Shown here: positions 28,735 through 40,263 of the stretch, in pieces
Layout: the number at the start of each line of letters is the position of its first letter
How positions within the stretch are numbered: the stretch's first letter is position 1
Source of the DNA: Methanosarcina sp.
GTDB lineage: Archaea; Halobacteriota; Methanosarcinia; Methanosarcinales; Methanosarcinaceae
Reading direction: 5' to 3'
Assembly: GCA_049706495.1 (NCBI GenBank)
Contig: JBNAKO010000030.1
Location: forward strand, 40-64,039
Length of the DNA: 64,000 bases
Position numbers and translations under genes: made by a program
Notes under the pieces: generated by a model
Seen by the model: only the letters and a program-made list of their open reading frames with translations
Told to the model about the DNA's origin: nothing
Databases searched by the model: none

Positions 28735-28914
28735 TGTCTTTTTTCCTGAATTTGATACAAAAAGGATTGCTTTGATATTATTTAAAGAAATGTTAAGTAT
28801 TTTATGTATTAGTTCATTAAACTATCTTTAAATTTTAGTAAAAATGTAGAAGTTGATAAAAAACTACCTAAAACAAAAATAGTTGATAAAGTTATCGATC
28901 AGCTTTAAAAGTAA

Positions 28915-29585
28915 GTTTTTAATGTGGGTGAAGGAGCTGGTGCGAGGCTGACGCTTTTGAGTTGTCTGCAAAGCCTGCATGATTTTTAGAAGGTTAACTA
29001 TAAGGAAGCTGTTTTTAATTGAATGTAGAGGCTCTATGTGAGCTGGGAGAAGCAAAGCAACTTGTCATGTGTAGCTATTTTGAATAATCTCAATTTAAAT
29101 TATGGTTATTTGTGTTTGTAAATTGTAGAGAAAATGGTTTTCGAGGTAGCAAAAAAGATGCGGAATATAAGCAGATTAAGAATTTTTAATATTATATTTG
29201 TATTTTTCTTTGGTTGTAGCGGAATGCACCAGTGCAATTTGATTATCTTTTACGAAATAAATTTTATAAGAGCTTAGAATATTATCTGTAATAACCTTGT
29301 ATGCTTCAAAGGTTATGTTAAAGATCCGGTTCTTATGCACTAACTTGATTCGATTATTTGATTGAAAAAAGTTGCCTTGAAAGAGGGTACTATTTTTAAT
29401 AGTTGATATAGTTATAGATTGGCTTTTTAGGGATTTTTGGTGTGGGTGGTTGGTGTAAAGAGGTTGGCGCAGTCGAGCATTGGGACCTGCCCGATCTTCG
29501 GGATACAAAGAAGGTAAGTGGCTATTTTTAATTGAGTGTAAAGGCTCTGTGTGAGTTGAAATAAGCCAGAAGACTTTGCCTGTCG
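28915..29585. repeat. Degenerate direct repeat pair about 515 bp apart
   Basis: tttttaattgaatgtagaggctctatgtgagctg (~29012) versus tttttaattgagtgtaaaggctctgtgtgagttg (~29525). Shared upstream tgtgggtg and agaaggt anchors. Confidence 0.55.
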
Positions 29586-29826
29586 AAGGACCAAGTGCAC
29601 ATTAAGAATATGAGATAGAAAAACTAATGAAGGTACTCAAAAGCAAGCTGTTCATATTAAATGTTTGATCCAGGAGAATAGCAGGTTTACATTAAGCTCC
29701 TGCCATAAATCAGGCGTGTCCTTGAGTTAAGATCTATTTTAAAAAAGTAAATATATCCCCGTTATTTGAGAAAAACGTAGGGAAATCCTCATGCTTACGT
29801 TTTTCAGTAACCTATTCACATTACCC

Positions 29827-30099
29827 TTATTTGTTTAAAACCTTAACGTAATTTTCTATGTATACATCTTTAGGTACCGATCTCATTGCAATATACAAAA
29901 GAATAGGAAGGATTACAATATCATCTAGATATCCAATTACAGGTATAAAATCAGGTATTAAATCGATTGGTGATAATGCATAGCCTATTGCAATCCATAA
30001 TAATATTTTTGAAATCTTAGGGGTTCGAGAGTCTGAGTATAGAAGTTTGCATAACTGAATATATTTTTTTGCATTATCCTTTATATCTTTTAGTTTCAT
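29827..30099 (-). CDS. YkvA/DUF1232 family membrane protein
   Basis: DSRTP...YALSPIDLIPDFIPVIGYLDD motif. Confidence 0.92.
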   Translation of the reverse strand: MKLKDIKDNAKKYIQLCKLLYSDSRTPKISKILLWIAIGYALSPIDLIPDFIPVIGYLDDIVILPILLYIAMRSVPKDVYIENYVKVLNK

Positions 30100-30229
30100 A
30101 GCGCCTACAAAGATAAGAACTAATTATCTATAAATAATTATTTTAAAATAATGCTTTTTTCATAAAAGTTAAACACTCCATGTATAAATCACATGTATAT
30201 CAAGGTTAAATTAGATTTAATCATTTGGC

Positions 30230-31055
30230 TATTTAATGCTGCTGTTTTTTCGCCTCAACTGTATATATGCTAAACCTATTATTTTTCCTGCTAAAGGTCT
30301 GAAATACGAAACTCCTATTCAAAACATGAAGGCAAGTCTATTGACACCAATTAACGGCTCCAAAAATTATAAATCTATACGCAGATTTTAGGTTTATAGT
30401 TGTCTAGTGCTTTTCAGGATAAATCCATCTCCAAAATAATATACCATGTGTAATCTTTGTTTTCTCAACCAGACAATCAATTAAAATACTTGTATTCTTT
30501 TATTCAAAAACAATCCCGGGAACCGCTCTGGTTAACCTCTAAGCCAAATATTATTCTGATTCTGGATTAATATTATTACCTTCAAATAAGTTTGCTATTC
30601 TAATCGTTGTTGGATATTCATGTCTAATTATTGGTTTGTCAAAAGTTATAGTAGAGTAGCATATTGGTAATTGCAGGCCAAAATACTCGTACAAAGCTTA
30701 ATTAAAAAAGATGTTACAATTTGTGTCCAATCTGCCTGAGTATCTAATAGTATTACGATAAAACATATCCTGTACTCGTTATCTACTCTAACCGCAATAT
30801 AGCGATATCCTGATTCCTTTTCTTCCTTCCTCTCTTCGATGTAGTCTTTTTTATTCTGGTCCTGTGACCTTACATTTGGCTTATAGTCAATTTTGCATAT
30901 AAAATATCCCTGATTATATCGGATCTGTTTCTTTCCTGTTCTGTTGCTGGTGCTTCAACCCTAGGCAATATATCCTTATTGAAGTATTTAGAACGCTTAA
31001 TTCTTAAAAAAGGAGTCAGGTAATTATAATCTAACTGAACCAATATATTTTTCAT
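30230..31055 (-). pseudogene. Heavily degraded coding remnant, family unknown
   Basis: 61-aa ORF 30870-31055 followed by protein-like stretches in shifting frames with many stops. Confidence 0.3.
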
Positions 31056-31358
31056 GTCGGTATAAAGATTAGCTAATTTACAGTCTATGTAACTTTACTT
31101 AAGGTTTCGGGATGTTGAAAGCATTATATAGCGCAGGATAATGGTTAGTGATCAAGATATTGTATAATAATTTCATGTCAAAATCAGCAAAATAAAATAA
31201 ATTTAAGTCGCTGGGAAGAGTCACGGTGACATTAATTATATTAATCGTCATATCTAAAATTCAAGTAGCATTATTCTACAAAATGCTTGACAAATATACC
31301 ATGCAGGTTGGAAAACATAACTATATTCGGACATCAGCTACGAAGGGAGAAAAAGAAT

Positions 31359-31955
31359 ATGAGAAAAATCATTGTCCTATCTTTCATAACACTCGATGGT
31401 ATTATGCAGGCTCCCGGCGGGCCCGAGGAAGATACCTCGGGAGGTTTTAAATATGGGGGCTGGACCGTTCCTTATTTTGATGAGTTTTCAGGTAAGGTTA
31501 TGGCAGAGCAGATGAGTAAGCCGTTTGATTTACTACTTGGCAGAAAAACATATGAGATATTCGCTTCCTATTGGCCATATCATAAAGACGAGGATCTTGG
31601 GATTAACCAAGCAACAAAATACGTAGTCTCACATGGGTCTATGCAATTTACATGGGAAAAATCGGTTTTGCTGCAAGGTGATATAGTTGAAGCAATAAAA
31701 AAACTTAAGGCACAGGATGGGCCTGAATTACAGGTCCACGGCAGCGGCAATCTCATCCAGACGCTTTTGAAACACGATCTAGTTGATGAATTATGGCTTA
31801 AAATATTTCCATTGACACTTGGTTCGGGAAAACGCTTATTTGCCGAAGGAACGATCCCGGCGGCTTTCAAATTAACCGATGGTAAGGTGTTGCCAAACGG
31901 AGTTATTATTGCCAATTATGAGCGTGCAGGCGAGGTTAAGACAGGATCATTTTGA
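31359..31955 (+). CDS. Dihydrofolate reductase-like (RibD C-terminal domain) protein
   Basis: MRKIIVLSFITLDG, LLGRKTYE, VHGSGNL and LVDELWLKIFPLTLGSGKRLF motifs. GGGAG SD. Confidence 0.92.
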   Translation: MRKIIVLSFITLDGIMQAPGGPEEDTSGGFKYGGWTVPYFDEFSGKVMAEQMSKPFDLLLGRKTYEIFASYWPYHKDEDLGINQATKYVVSHGSMQFTWEKSVLLQGDIVEAIKKLKAQDGPELQVHGSGNLIQTLLKHDLVDELWLKIFPLTLGSGKRLFAEGTIPAAFKLTDGKVLPNGVIIANYERAGEVKTGSF

Positions 31956-32111
31956 GGAATGCATCTTAAGGAAAAAGCAGAAATACATAAAATATCAGTA
32001 GAATGTCGGTTGGAAGATAGTATGGGGAAAACCAATTGCCCAATCGTAGAATAGATTTGAATTTGAAGGTACGTCTTAGAAAATAAGAATGATTCTACGT
32101 TATTATTACTA

Positions 32112-32753
32112 TTATACATCGAATATCTTTCTGCCGATACGGATGATACTTGCACCTTCTTCTATTGCTATCTGATAATCGTTTGTCATTCCCATTGAGA
32201 GATGTTGAAGATGTTTTTTCAAATGCTCCTCTGCTTTGTCTTTTAAGTCTTTCATTTCTTTGAAATATTTTCTTGAATCTTCGGGGTCTTTGTTTTTTGG
32301 CGGGATTGTCATCAGGCCTTCAAGACTTAAGTATTTGAGGGTTGATATTTGATCTAGAAACTTCAAAAGGTCATCAGGCTCCAATCCTGTGGCTTTTTTT
32401 TCATCTATCTTCACTTGTATGAGAATTTTCTGAATTGTTTTCTTTTCTTTTGCTGCATTGTTTATCTTTTCTGCAAGTTCGTATGAATCAACACTTTCTA
32501 TCAAGTAAGGATTTAGGTTTACGACCTTTTTTACCTTGTTCAACTGAAGTGTGCCGATAAAGTGGGTTTTTATCTCCATTGGGAGATATGGAGCCAGATC
32601 TTTCATCTGCTGGTAATGGTTGAAACCGATGTCTGTAACACCTGCTTTTATGGCTTCGTCTATTTGTTTTTTTGATGCGTATTTTACTGCGGCAACAAGT
32701 GTTACCTCATATTGCATCTTTTCTAGAAGTCCTTTTACATTATCTTCGATCAT
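32112..32753 (-). CDS. yggS: YggS/PROSC family PLP homeostasis protein
   Basis: LVAAVKY (PLP Lys), HFIGTLQLNKVK, GLMTIPP, LSMGMTNDY and IRIGRKIF motifs. Confidence 0.92.
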   Translation of the reverse strand: MIEDNVKGLLEKMQYEVTLVAAVKYASKKQIDEAIKAGVTDIGFNHYQQMKDLAPYLPMEIKTHFIGTLQLNKVKKVVNLNPYLIESVDSYELAEKINNAAKEKKTIQKILIQVKIDEKKATGLEPDDLLKFLDQISTLKYLSLEGLMTIPPKNKDPEDSRKYFKEMKDLKDKAEEHLKKHLQHLSMGMTNDYQIAIEEGASIIRIGRKIFDV

Positions 32754-34052
32754 ATGTTATGTAACAGAGATTTTTAGTATTTGTCTCTTTTATTTTTAAT
32801 ATCCTATATCATTATCCTATATCATTATAGTTAGCATTTCAGCCTCACAACTACTAATATCTCATAAAAGTTTTTTTTAAAAAAAGCTTTTTTCTTTCCT
32901 GAACCCACTAACCTTAGAAGTTTACCCTTAAGCCTTGATCTGATTCTCAGAAATCAAGTTTCTCAGGCCTTAACCTTTTCCAAAACATGATTGTTAAGGG
33001 TAAAAGGTTTGTAGCTTCTAGCGTTTTGCTTCATATAATGCAAAGTAACTTAAAAAACCCTAACTTTTCCAATCAGAATAAGAAATATTGAATATTTTCT
33101 GCATAATTTCTTGAGAATCAACCATATTAACCCCAAATTCAGGTCTAACAAAATCTAATTCCTTGGATTTTCCTGTAAGATTATGGGCTAACTCTTATTT
33201 AGTACTTATACAGATTCCCAGATTGCCTGCTTATCCCCACAACTTAGGGTTTGTTTAGCAGGTTTGAGAACTCATTAGCTACCTTCTTACCCTCAAGAAT
33301 CCTTAATCATGAGGTTCCCTGAGCGCGTGCATTCTTATTCTGGCAATTACAAAACAAAGAAGGTATGACAACTTTCTCATATATACAAGCTTAAAAACTA
33401 TTCCTGTCTGGACTTTAGATCTTTATGTAATTAAAAGAATAGCCATGCAGCTTCTTGTTGATTTATTGGAAAGCAAAAACTTAGGCTCGCAGGTATGGGG
33501 TTTCCAGACTGAGAGAAAGGGAGAAGGATAGCCTTTAATTAGGGCTTTTCCATAATAGTTCAAGTTTTCATATTATAGCATTATTAAGTCTCATGCTTGA
33601 TTGGCTATTCTGGGCATCCTTGAAACATAAATATTAATAGACGAAACGGACATAAAAAATTATTAACGCTTCTTTTATTTGTTTAAACAGAAAATAAAAT
33701 TAGTATCTTTTCCTATTTAATATCTTTTTCTATTTTTCAAAATTGCGTGAAAATATTCATAAATTAGATTTTAAGTTTTTTCCATAATTAATATTCGTCA
33801 GAATTTAACTTGTTTAATTAATTATATATCAGTGACATTCAATATTAATAGCCTAATAAGAACATATTAATTGACATCAGAATATATTAATTATTAATGG
33901 ATTAAAATAAATCTGACATGTTAATCCTGAATATAAATATGAATTTTTCCGTATATTAAAAGTACAATGATAAGGGTTTTTTTTCAAAATAAGAAGAGGA
34001 TACTGATATTTTATGTATATTTGAAAAAAAAGTCCGTGCGGGGGAGATAAAA

Positions 34053-36383
34053 GTGAAGAATAAAACTCTATTTATTGTTTTTACTTTGATATTTTTGCTG
34101 GGAGTACTGCCTACAGTATCGGCAAGAGATATTATAGTGGGCAACGGAAGTGGATCAAGTTCTACAATACAGGAAGCTGTAGGTGGTGCAGAAGCTGGAG
34201 ATGTAATTATAATAAAACCTGGAACTTACATTGAAAACATAAATGTTTCAAAAGCAAGGCTAACAATTAAACCAGAAACAAATAACGTGTTTATTGAACC
34301 AGCAGATAGTAGTAAACCAACCATTGAATTAAGTGATTTTGGTACAAAATTATCTGGACTAAATATAGCTGGTAGTATTCAAGTTAATAATGTGTTTTAT
34401 GATGGTAGTAAAATATTTAATGAAGACAGCGACATGAGTCAGATAACAAACAATGTTATTGGCGGTATCGATGTTGGTTCTGAGAGTTCTGGTATTATCA
34501 TATCTGGAAACAGAATTTCAGGTGGCGGTATATATGTTGCTTGTTGTGGTGACTTCAATGAAATAAAAAATAATGTTATTTCAAATTGCCCAACAGGCAT
34601 ATACGTCTATGATGAAAGAAATGTACCGCCAATTCGTGATAACAAAATAAGTAATTGCGAGGTAGGAATACATGTTTCGGGGTTATCTTATGATGTCATA
34701 AACAATGAGATAACAAATTGTGGAATAGGAATTCAGGTATATGAGACTGGTGGTGCAACTTTAGTTGGAAATAAAATAACATACTGTACTGACTGCGGAG
34801 TTGAAGCAGGCGGATACTTAGGTACCAGTTATAACAATTACTTTAACAATATGGTGAATGTGAGATTTGGGGAATATACTGATACTGATGCAGTCGCTTG
34901 GAACACTGAACTTACCAGTGGTACAAACATAATTGGTGGATCTCATATCGGAGGTAACTATTGGGCAAAGCCGGATGGAACTGGTTTTTCTCAAACCGCT
35001 GTTGATTTAAATGGAGACGGAATTGCTGATTCAGCTTATGTTATTGCCGAAAATAATATTGACTATCTACCACTGATAGGTAAGTATAACTCAGTACTAC
35101 CTACTTCTGACTTCACAGCCAATGTAACTTCTGGTACTGCACCGCTTAAAGTGCAATTTACGAGCATTACAACTGGCAATCCAACCGACTACTACTGGGT
35201 ATTTGAACCATCTAATACTGGTGATTGGAACTCACACCATGCAGTTACTGCAGTGCATACATTTAAAAATCCGGGAACTTACACAATCACTCTGACCGTT
35301 GGAAATGCTGCAGGCAATAATACAATAGTAAAGCCAAATTACATAACCGTTACAGATCCAGTCATTACAGATCCAAATCTTCCAATTGCAAATTTTAGTA
35401 CTAATGTCACAGAAGGATATTCTCCTCTCTCAGTCCAGTTTAGTGATTTTTCGGAGAATACAACCTGGAGGACCTGGTACTTTGGAGATGGGGCTAGCTC
35501 AAACGAACGAAATCCAGTCCATGTTTACACTACAGAAGGAAGCTACAATGTTTATTACTCAGTAAGCAATGAAAACGGAACTGCCTCAAAAAATGCTAGA
35601 ATAACAGTCCAAAAAACAGGCAGTTCAGGTGGAAACAGTGGAGGAAGTTCTGGAGGAAGCAGTCATAAGAGCGGCGGGGGAAAGAGTGGAGGAACCGGAG
35701 GTTCTCCTGAGCCTCAAAAGAACGTTGAAATAAAAGAACTTTCTCAGGCTTATGTTTCAAGTTCAGGAACTACAAACTTTAATTTCCCAAAGAATGCTAC
35801 TCCAGTTGTATACATAAGCTTTGATTCAAGGAAAACTTTTGGAAAAACAACAACTATTGCAGAAATGCTTAAAGGAAAATCAAACCTCGTTTCCCAACTG
35901 CCTGAAAGTGAAGTATACAAGTCATTGAATATATGGGTTGGAAACGGAGGAGTTGCAAATGCAAACAATATTGAGAATGGTGTTGTATGTTTCAGGGTTG
36001 GTAAAGCCTGGATAAGAGACAAAAAAATGGATAAGGATTCGATTACTCTTAACAGATATGCAGACAAAAAGTGGGGACAGCTTTCAACAACTCTGCTAAG
36101 AGAAGATAAGGACTATATATATTTCACAGCACAAACTCCGGAATACGGGTCCTTTGCAATTACAGGAAAAAAGATCTCAAATCAAGTTGAAAATGTGCCA
36201 GAATCAAATGAAGAAACTACAAAAAAAGTACAATCTGAATTAGAGACTGAAATAATCAATCAAAACAATACTGGTAATAAAGAACTGCAAACTGAACAGA
36301 AAGAAAAGTTAGATCTGCCAGGCCTTGAAATTAGTTATGGAATAGCAGGCTTGCTCTTAGTTTTTTTATTTAGAAGAAAATAA
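34053..36383 (+). CDS. Cell-surface protein: signal peptide, NosD-like beta-helix, 2 PKD domains, G/S linker, PGF-pre-PGF domain, PGF-CTERM-like tail
   Basis: GGNYWAKPDGTGFS and DLNGDGIAD motifs. Two PxAxF...APLxVQF PKD repeats. SGGSSGG linker. LNIWVGNGG...FTAQTPEYGSFAITG. Ends LPGL-TM-RRK. Confidence 0.92.
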   Translation: MKNKTLFIVFTLIFLLGVLPTVSARDIIVGNGSGSSSTIQEAVGGAEAGDVIIIKPGTYIENINVSKARLTIKPETNNVFIEPADSSKPTIELSDFGTKLSGLNIAGSIQVNNVFYDGSKIFNEDSDMSQITNNVIGGIDVGSESSGIIISGNRISGGGIYVACCGDFNEIKNNVISNCPTGIYVYDERNVPPIRDNKISNCEVGIHVSGLSYDVINNEITNCGIGIQVYETGGATLVGNKITYCTDCGVEAGGYLGTSYNNYFNNMVNVRFGEYTDTDAVAWNTELTSGTNIIGGSHIGGNYWAKPDGTGFSQTAVDLNGDGIADSAYVIAENNIDYLPLIGKYNSVLPTSDFTANVTSGTAPLKVQFTSITTGNPTDYYWVFEPSNTGDWNSHHAVTAVHTFKNPGTYTITLTVGNAAGNNTIVKPNYITVTDPVITDPNLPIANFSTNVTEGYSPLSVQFSDFSENTTWRTWYFGDGASSNERNPVHVYTTEGSYNVYYSVSNENGTASKNARITVQKTGSSGGNSGGSSGGSSHKSGGGKSGGTGGSPEPQKNVEIKELSQAYVSSSGTTNFNFPKNATPVVYISFDSRKTFGKTTTIAEMLKGKSNLVSQLPESEVYKSLNIWVGNGGVANANNIENGVVCFRVGKAWIRDKKMDKDSITLNRYADKKWGQLSTTLLREDKDYIYFTAQTPEYGSFAITGKKISNQVENVPESNEETTKKVQSELETEIINQNNTGNKELQTEQKEKLDLPGLEISYGIAGLLLVFLFRRK

Positions 36384-37969
36384 ATGAGACACAATACTGA
36401 AGTTTCATATGAAAAAATTCTGAAAAAAATTAAAACAACTGAGAAATATTCTCAGCTATTTTTCTATTTTTTTATCTGCTTTTTGAGAATTTATAATTGA
36501 ATAAAAACAGTCATTTCATAGCAAATATTAATCCTATATCCCATTGGATGTTTTGATCCAACTATTCATACTAATTAAAAGGCAGCATTATGAATATGTT
36601 TTCTTTAACCGAGATTCCCAATAAAAAATTAGTTTATTAAAAATGAATGTTCTTTCATCCAGTCAACCATTTGTTCTTAAGTTATATTACAAAAGAAAAA
36701 ATTGGGAATACCCTCTCTAGTTGGGAAATAGAGCCCACAGGCAGATCTCAAATTTAGAACAAGATAAACATATTTATTGCGTAAATATCTATGCAAAATA
36801 TGGAAAACCTTTTCTATTACCAGAAATTGCATATTTCAATGCTGCAATCATATTTTTGGTTACATTATTGATAGTAAAAAGTATTAATATTGATAGTAAA
36901 GAGTATTAATAAAGATTAATTCATATCGAATATGAATTTTTTAACTATTTTTTAACTATTACTAAAATTTTTGTCCTCATCACTTAGTAATAATATTTTA
37001 TACACTTTCATATTGCTGATTATGAACTGATACGAAGGATATAATAGAACCTTTCAATAGGCATAAAATAATGCATGGACAGTTTTTAGAATAAGTGAAT
37101 ATAGAGAATACAATAAGATTCTTTTTACAATTCGATTTTTTAGCTGTATTAATTAAAGAGGATTTACAGAATAATCCATAATAGAGTTAAAAAGAAGTTA
37201 CAACAATATGCTCTCCATCAGGCGTAGCCAAATAGAAAAGCAATATCAAGAAAAAATCCCGAAACCTTAAATCTTCTGGTACAATCCAGGGCTTAAAGCA
37301 GTATTTGCATCCTCTACTGGCAGTGGCCTTTTGTCATTTGGCAAGTCAGACATTATCAGATACTGCCTGCAGGACCCACTACAACTGTAGAATAGCTTTT
37401 GCATTGCACCTCAGAACAGTATCATACACTAGCTTTGCAAGGCTCGTAAAAACTCGATAAGTCATATTCGACGTTTCAAGCCTTGTTATTCTTTCCTGGA
37501 ATTTATTTTCTCCTTCACTTTTTGCTACCTGCTTTCCCATGTATTCCATTACTTTCTTGCAATACTGTCCAGGCATGAAAAAAGCTGCCAATTAAAAAAG
37601 AAAAAAGTAAAGATAAAAAATGTGAGTAAAAAGATATGAATAAAAGGAAAAAAAATAAAATAAAATAAAAGAAAATAACATCAAAAAATAAATATTAAAA
37701 AATAAATATTAAAAAAATGAAAATTGAAAAAAATGAAAATTTTAAAAAGATTATTTTTGGAAGCAAATAAACAAAACCTGCTTATAATCCGAAACTATTT
37801 ATTCTTTGATTGAAGTATAAAGAGAATAAAAACTGAGAAAAAACAAGTTTACTTGATTTACGCTTGCTAGAAAAATTTCATGTTATTTATATTTAGTCCC
37901 CCCTCTTTCAAATTATAAAAAATAGACATAAAATAAAAAAATAATTTCCGAGCAGAAGGTTTGGTAAAA

Positions 37970-39427
37970 ATGGAAAAGAAAAGTGTCTTAATCCTTGGAA
38001 CTGCCTCCCATGTTGGAAAAAGTTCAGTTGTAACTGCAATATGCAGGATCCTGTCAAGGAAATACAAAGTTGCCCCTTTCAAAGCTCAGAATATGAGCCT
38101 GAATTCCTGGATTACAAAAGACGGAAAAGAGATAGGAATTGCTCAGGCAATCCAGGCAAAGGCTGCAGGCACCGAACCGACTGCTGATATGAATCCTGTT
38201 CTCCTGAAACCCAAAGGAGACTGCGTCTCTCAGGTCATTCTCCTGGGAGAACCTTACGCGGATAAAAGCGCAGGCCAGTACTACGATTCAATAGAAGAAA
38301 TGAATGCTGTGCTTGCAGGTGCACTTGAAAGACTCTGTGCAGCTCATGATATTATTGTAATGGAAGGGGCTGGGGGGGCTGCAGAGATCAACCTTTATGA
38401 AAGGGATATTGTAAATGTGGGCACTGCAAGGCTTACACAGGCTCCTATAATTCTTGTTGGGGATATTGAAAGAGGAGGAGTTTTTGCAAGCCTGTATGGT
38501 ACAGTCGAGCTTCTTCCAGAAGATGTCCGAAAGAATGTTAAAGGATTTATAATCAATAAATTCAGAGGCGACCTGGAAATCTTAAAGCCGGGCCTAAAAC
38601 AGCTTGAAGAAAAGACAGGCATTCCTGTGCTTGGAGTCCTCCCGTATTTCAAGCTCCGAATCCCCTCAGAAGATTCCGTGTCTCTTGGGGACAAAGAAGA
38701 AGCCAAAAAAGAAAAAGATGTAGAAATTGCTGTTATCCGCCTGCCCAGAATCTCTAATTTTACAGACTTTGAGCCGCTTGAAGGGCTTGCTCGGATCAGG
38801 TATGTGGACCTTGATGAAGAGCTTGGAAATCCGGACGCAATAATGATCCCGGGAACAAAGAATACAGTAAACGATTTGCTTGACCTTAAAACAAGTGGAA
38901 TGGCAGAGAAAATTCAGGCTTTTAAAGGAAAAATCCCTATCTTCGGGATCTGCGGAGGCTACCAGATGCTCGGCAAAACAATTTTTGATTCCGGAGTCGA
39001 GAATGGGGTTGAAGCAGAATTTGAGGGCCTGGGACTCCTTAATATAGGGACAAAATTCGGGGCATATAAAAAGAAAACCATTCAGGTAACAAAGAAGGTA
39101 AATGCTTACGGCCCGATTCTGGCTCCTATAGACGGGGAAGAGATAAAAGGATATGAAATCCACATGGGAATCACTGATTCTAACCGAAATATCTTCGGAG
39201 ACGACGGAGCAATTGACGAAGAAGGGCTTGTGATTGGTACATATCTGCATGGGCTTTTTGATAATAAAAATGTCAGAGATGCTCTTCTTAATTATTTGTA
39301 TAAGAAAAAAGGGCTTGAGTATGAGCCTGAAGATCTTGTAGCCGAAACCGACGCTTACGAAGAACTTGCAAATGTGGTTGAAAAAAATCTCGATATGAAA
39401 AAACTCTATGAAATAATAGGAGTCTGA
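37970..39427 (+). CDS. cobQ: Cobyric acid synthase
   Basis: GTASHVGKS, FKAQNMSLNS, MNPVLLKP, EGAGGAAEINL, SNFTDF, GICGGYQMLG and GTYLHGLF motifs. Confidence 0.97.
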   Translation: MEKKSVLILGTASHVGKSSVVTAICRILSRKYKVAPFKAQNMSLNSWITKDGKEIGIAQAIQAKAAGTEPTADMNPVLLKPKGDCVSQVILLGEPYADKSAGQYYDSIEEMNAVLAGALERLCAAHDIIVMEGAGGAAEINLYERDIVNVGTARLTQAPIILVGDIERGGVFASLYGTVELLPEDVRKNVKGFIINKFRGDLEILKPGLKQLEEKTGIPVLGVLPYFKLRIPSEDSVSLGDKEEAKKEKDVEIAVIRLPRISNFTDFEPLEGLARIRYVDLDEELGNPDAIMIPGTKNTVNDLLDLKTSGMAEKIQAFKGKIPIFGICGGYQMLGKTIFDSGVENGVEAEFEGLGLLNIGTKFGAYKKKTIQVTKKVNAYGPILAPIDGEEIKGYEIHMGITDSNRNIFGDDGAIDEEGLVIGTYLHGLFDNKNVRDALLNYLYKKKGLEYEPEDLVAETDAYEELANVVEKNLDMKKLYEIIGV

Positions 39428-40263
39428 AGGGCAAATTCGAAAGATAATATTTAAACTGGGAGTCTAAAGTATAACCCTCAGTGTAAACCCTTATTACTTA
39501 ATTAAATTTTTATTAAATTATTAGATATCAGGATTCTTATTTAAGAATTAATAAAAAGGCCATCCTAAAACTCAATTTTATCTGATTAATTCTGAAATCT
39601 GAAAAAAATAATTCCGCAACAAGAGGCCCGATTGATATTTGGAACACAGAATTTACAGGGCAGTTTTGAGATCAGCTCAAGTAAAAAACTTAAAAGACGT
39701 GAATAAAAACAATAAAAATAGAAGAGAAAAAAGGGAGAAAGACGAGAAAAGAACAAAAATTCAAAAATAAGAATAATAATGATAATAATAAAATAAACAA
39801 ATAGAAAAAATAAAAAATATAAAAAATAAAAAGAGAGGAAAAAAGAAGTGTCTGAATCTCTTTTAAAAAAAGAGGGGTTGAGCGGCTGAGGGGGAGAATA
39901 TGGGGAGTGTTTATGGGAGTATTTGGGGAATATTTTGGAATGAAAATTCATACCATGGGGGAGGGTATGTTTGTTCTGGGAGGGTGGATAAGTCTCCAAA
40001 AAGTTAACCGCTCAACATTAACTAGTTTTTCAACCAAGTATTTATTTCTTATGAAATTATCCTACTTATCTCAGGTATTAAAACTACGGACATGTAATTA
40101 AATAGAAATTATTTCATCTATTTGGCAGGTAAACTTATTGTTAAACTAATATAGGGATTAAAATTCTTTATTTATCCAAATAAGATCGGGTTTTATTTTG
40201 AGAATTTAGGAATCTGAATAAAAAATTAAAAATTCTAATTTATATTAGTTGTTTAATGCGCTT

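Noticed and set aside
30230-30870. DIAILRL and GDGFIL fragments suggesting a decayed trypsin-like protease
   Set aside because: The fragments are short, in broken frames and out of canonical order, with no catalytic GxSG motif. Too weak to name.
32900-33600. Possible transposase remnant
   Set aside because: No terminal inverted repeats, DDE motif or recognisable translation found by eye.
37200-37591. 70-aa ORF and downstream fragments as a pseudogene
   Set aside because: Somewhat protein-like but no family can be assigned, and the frames are not coherent.
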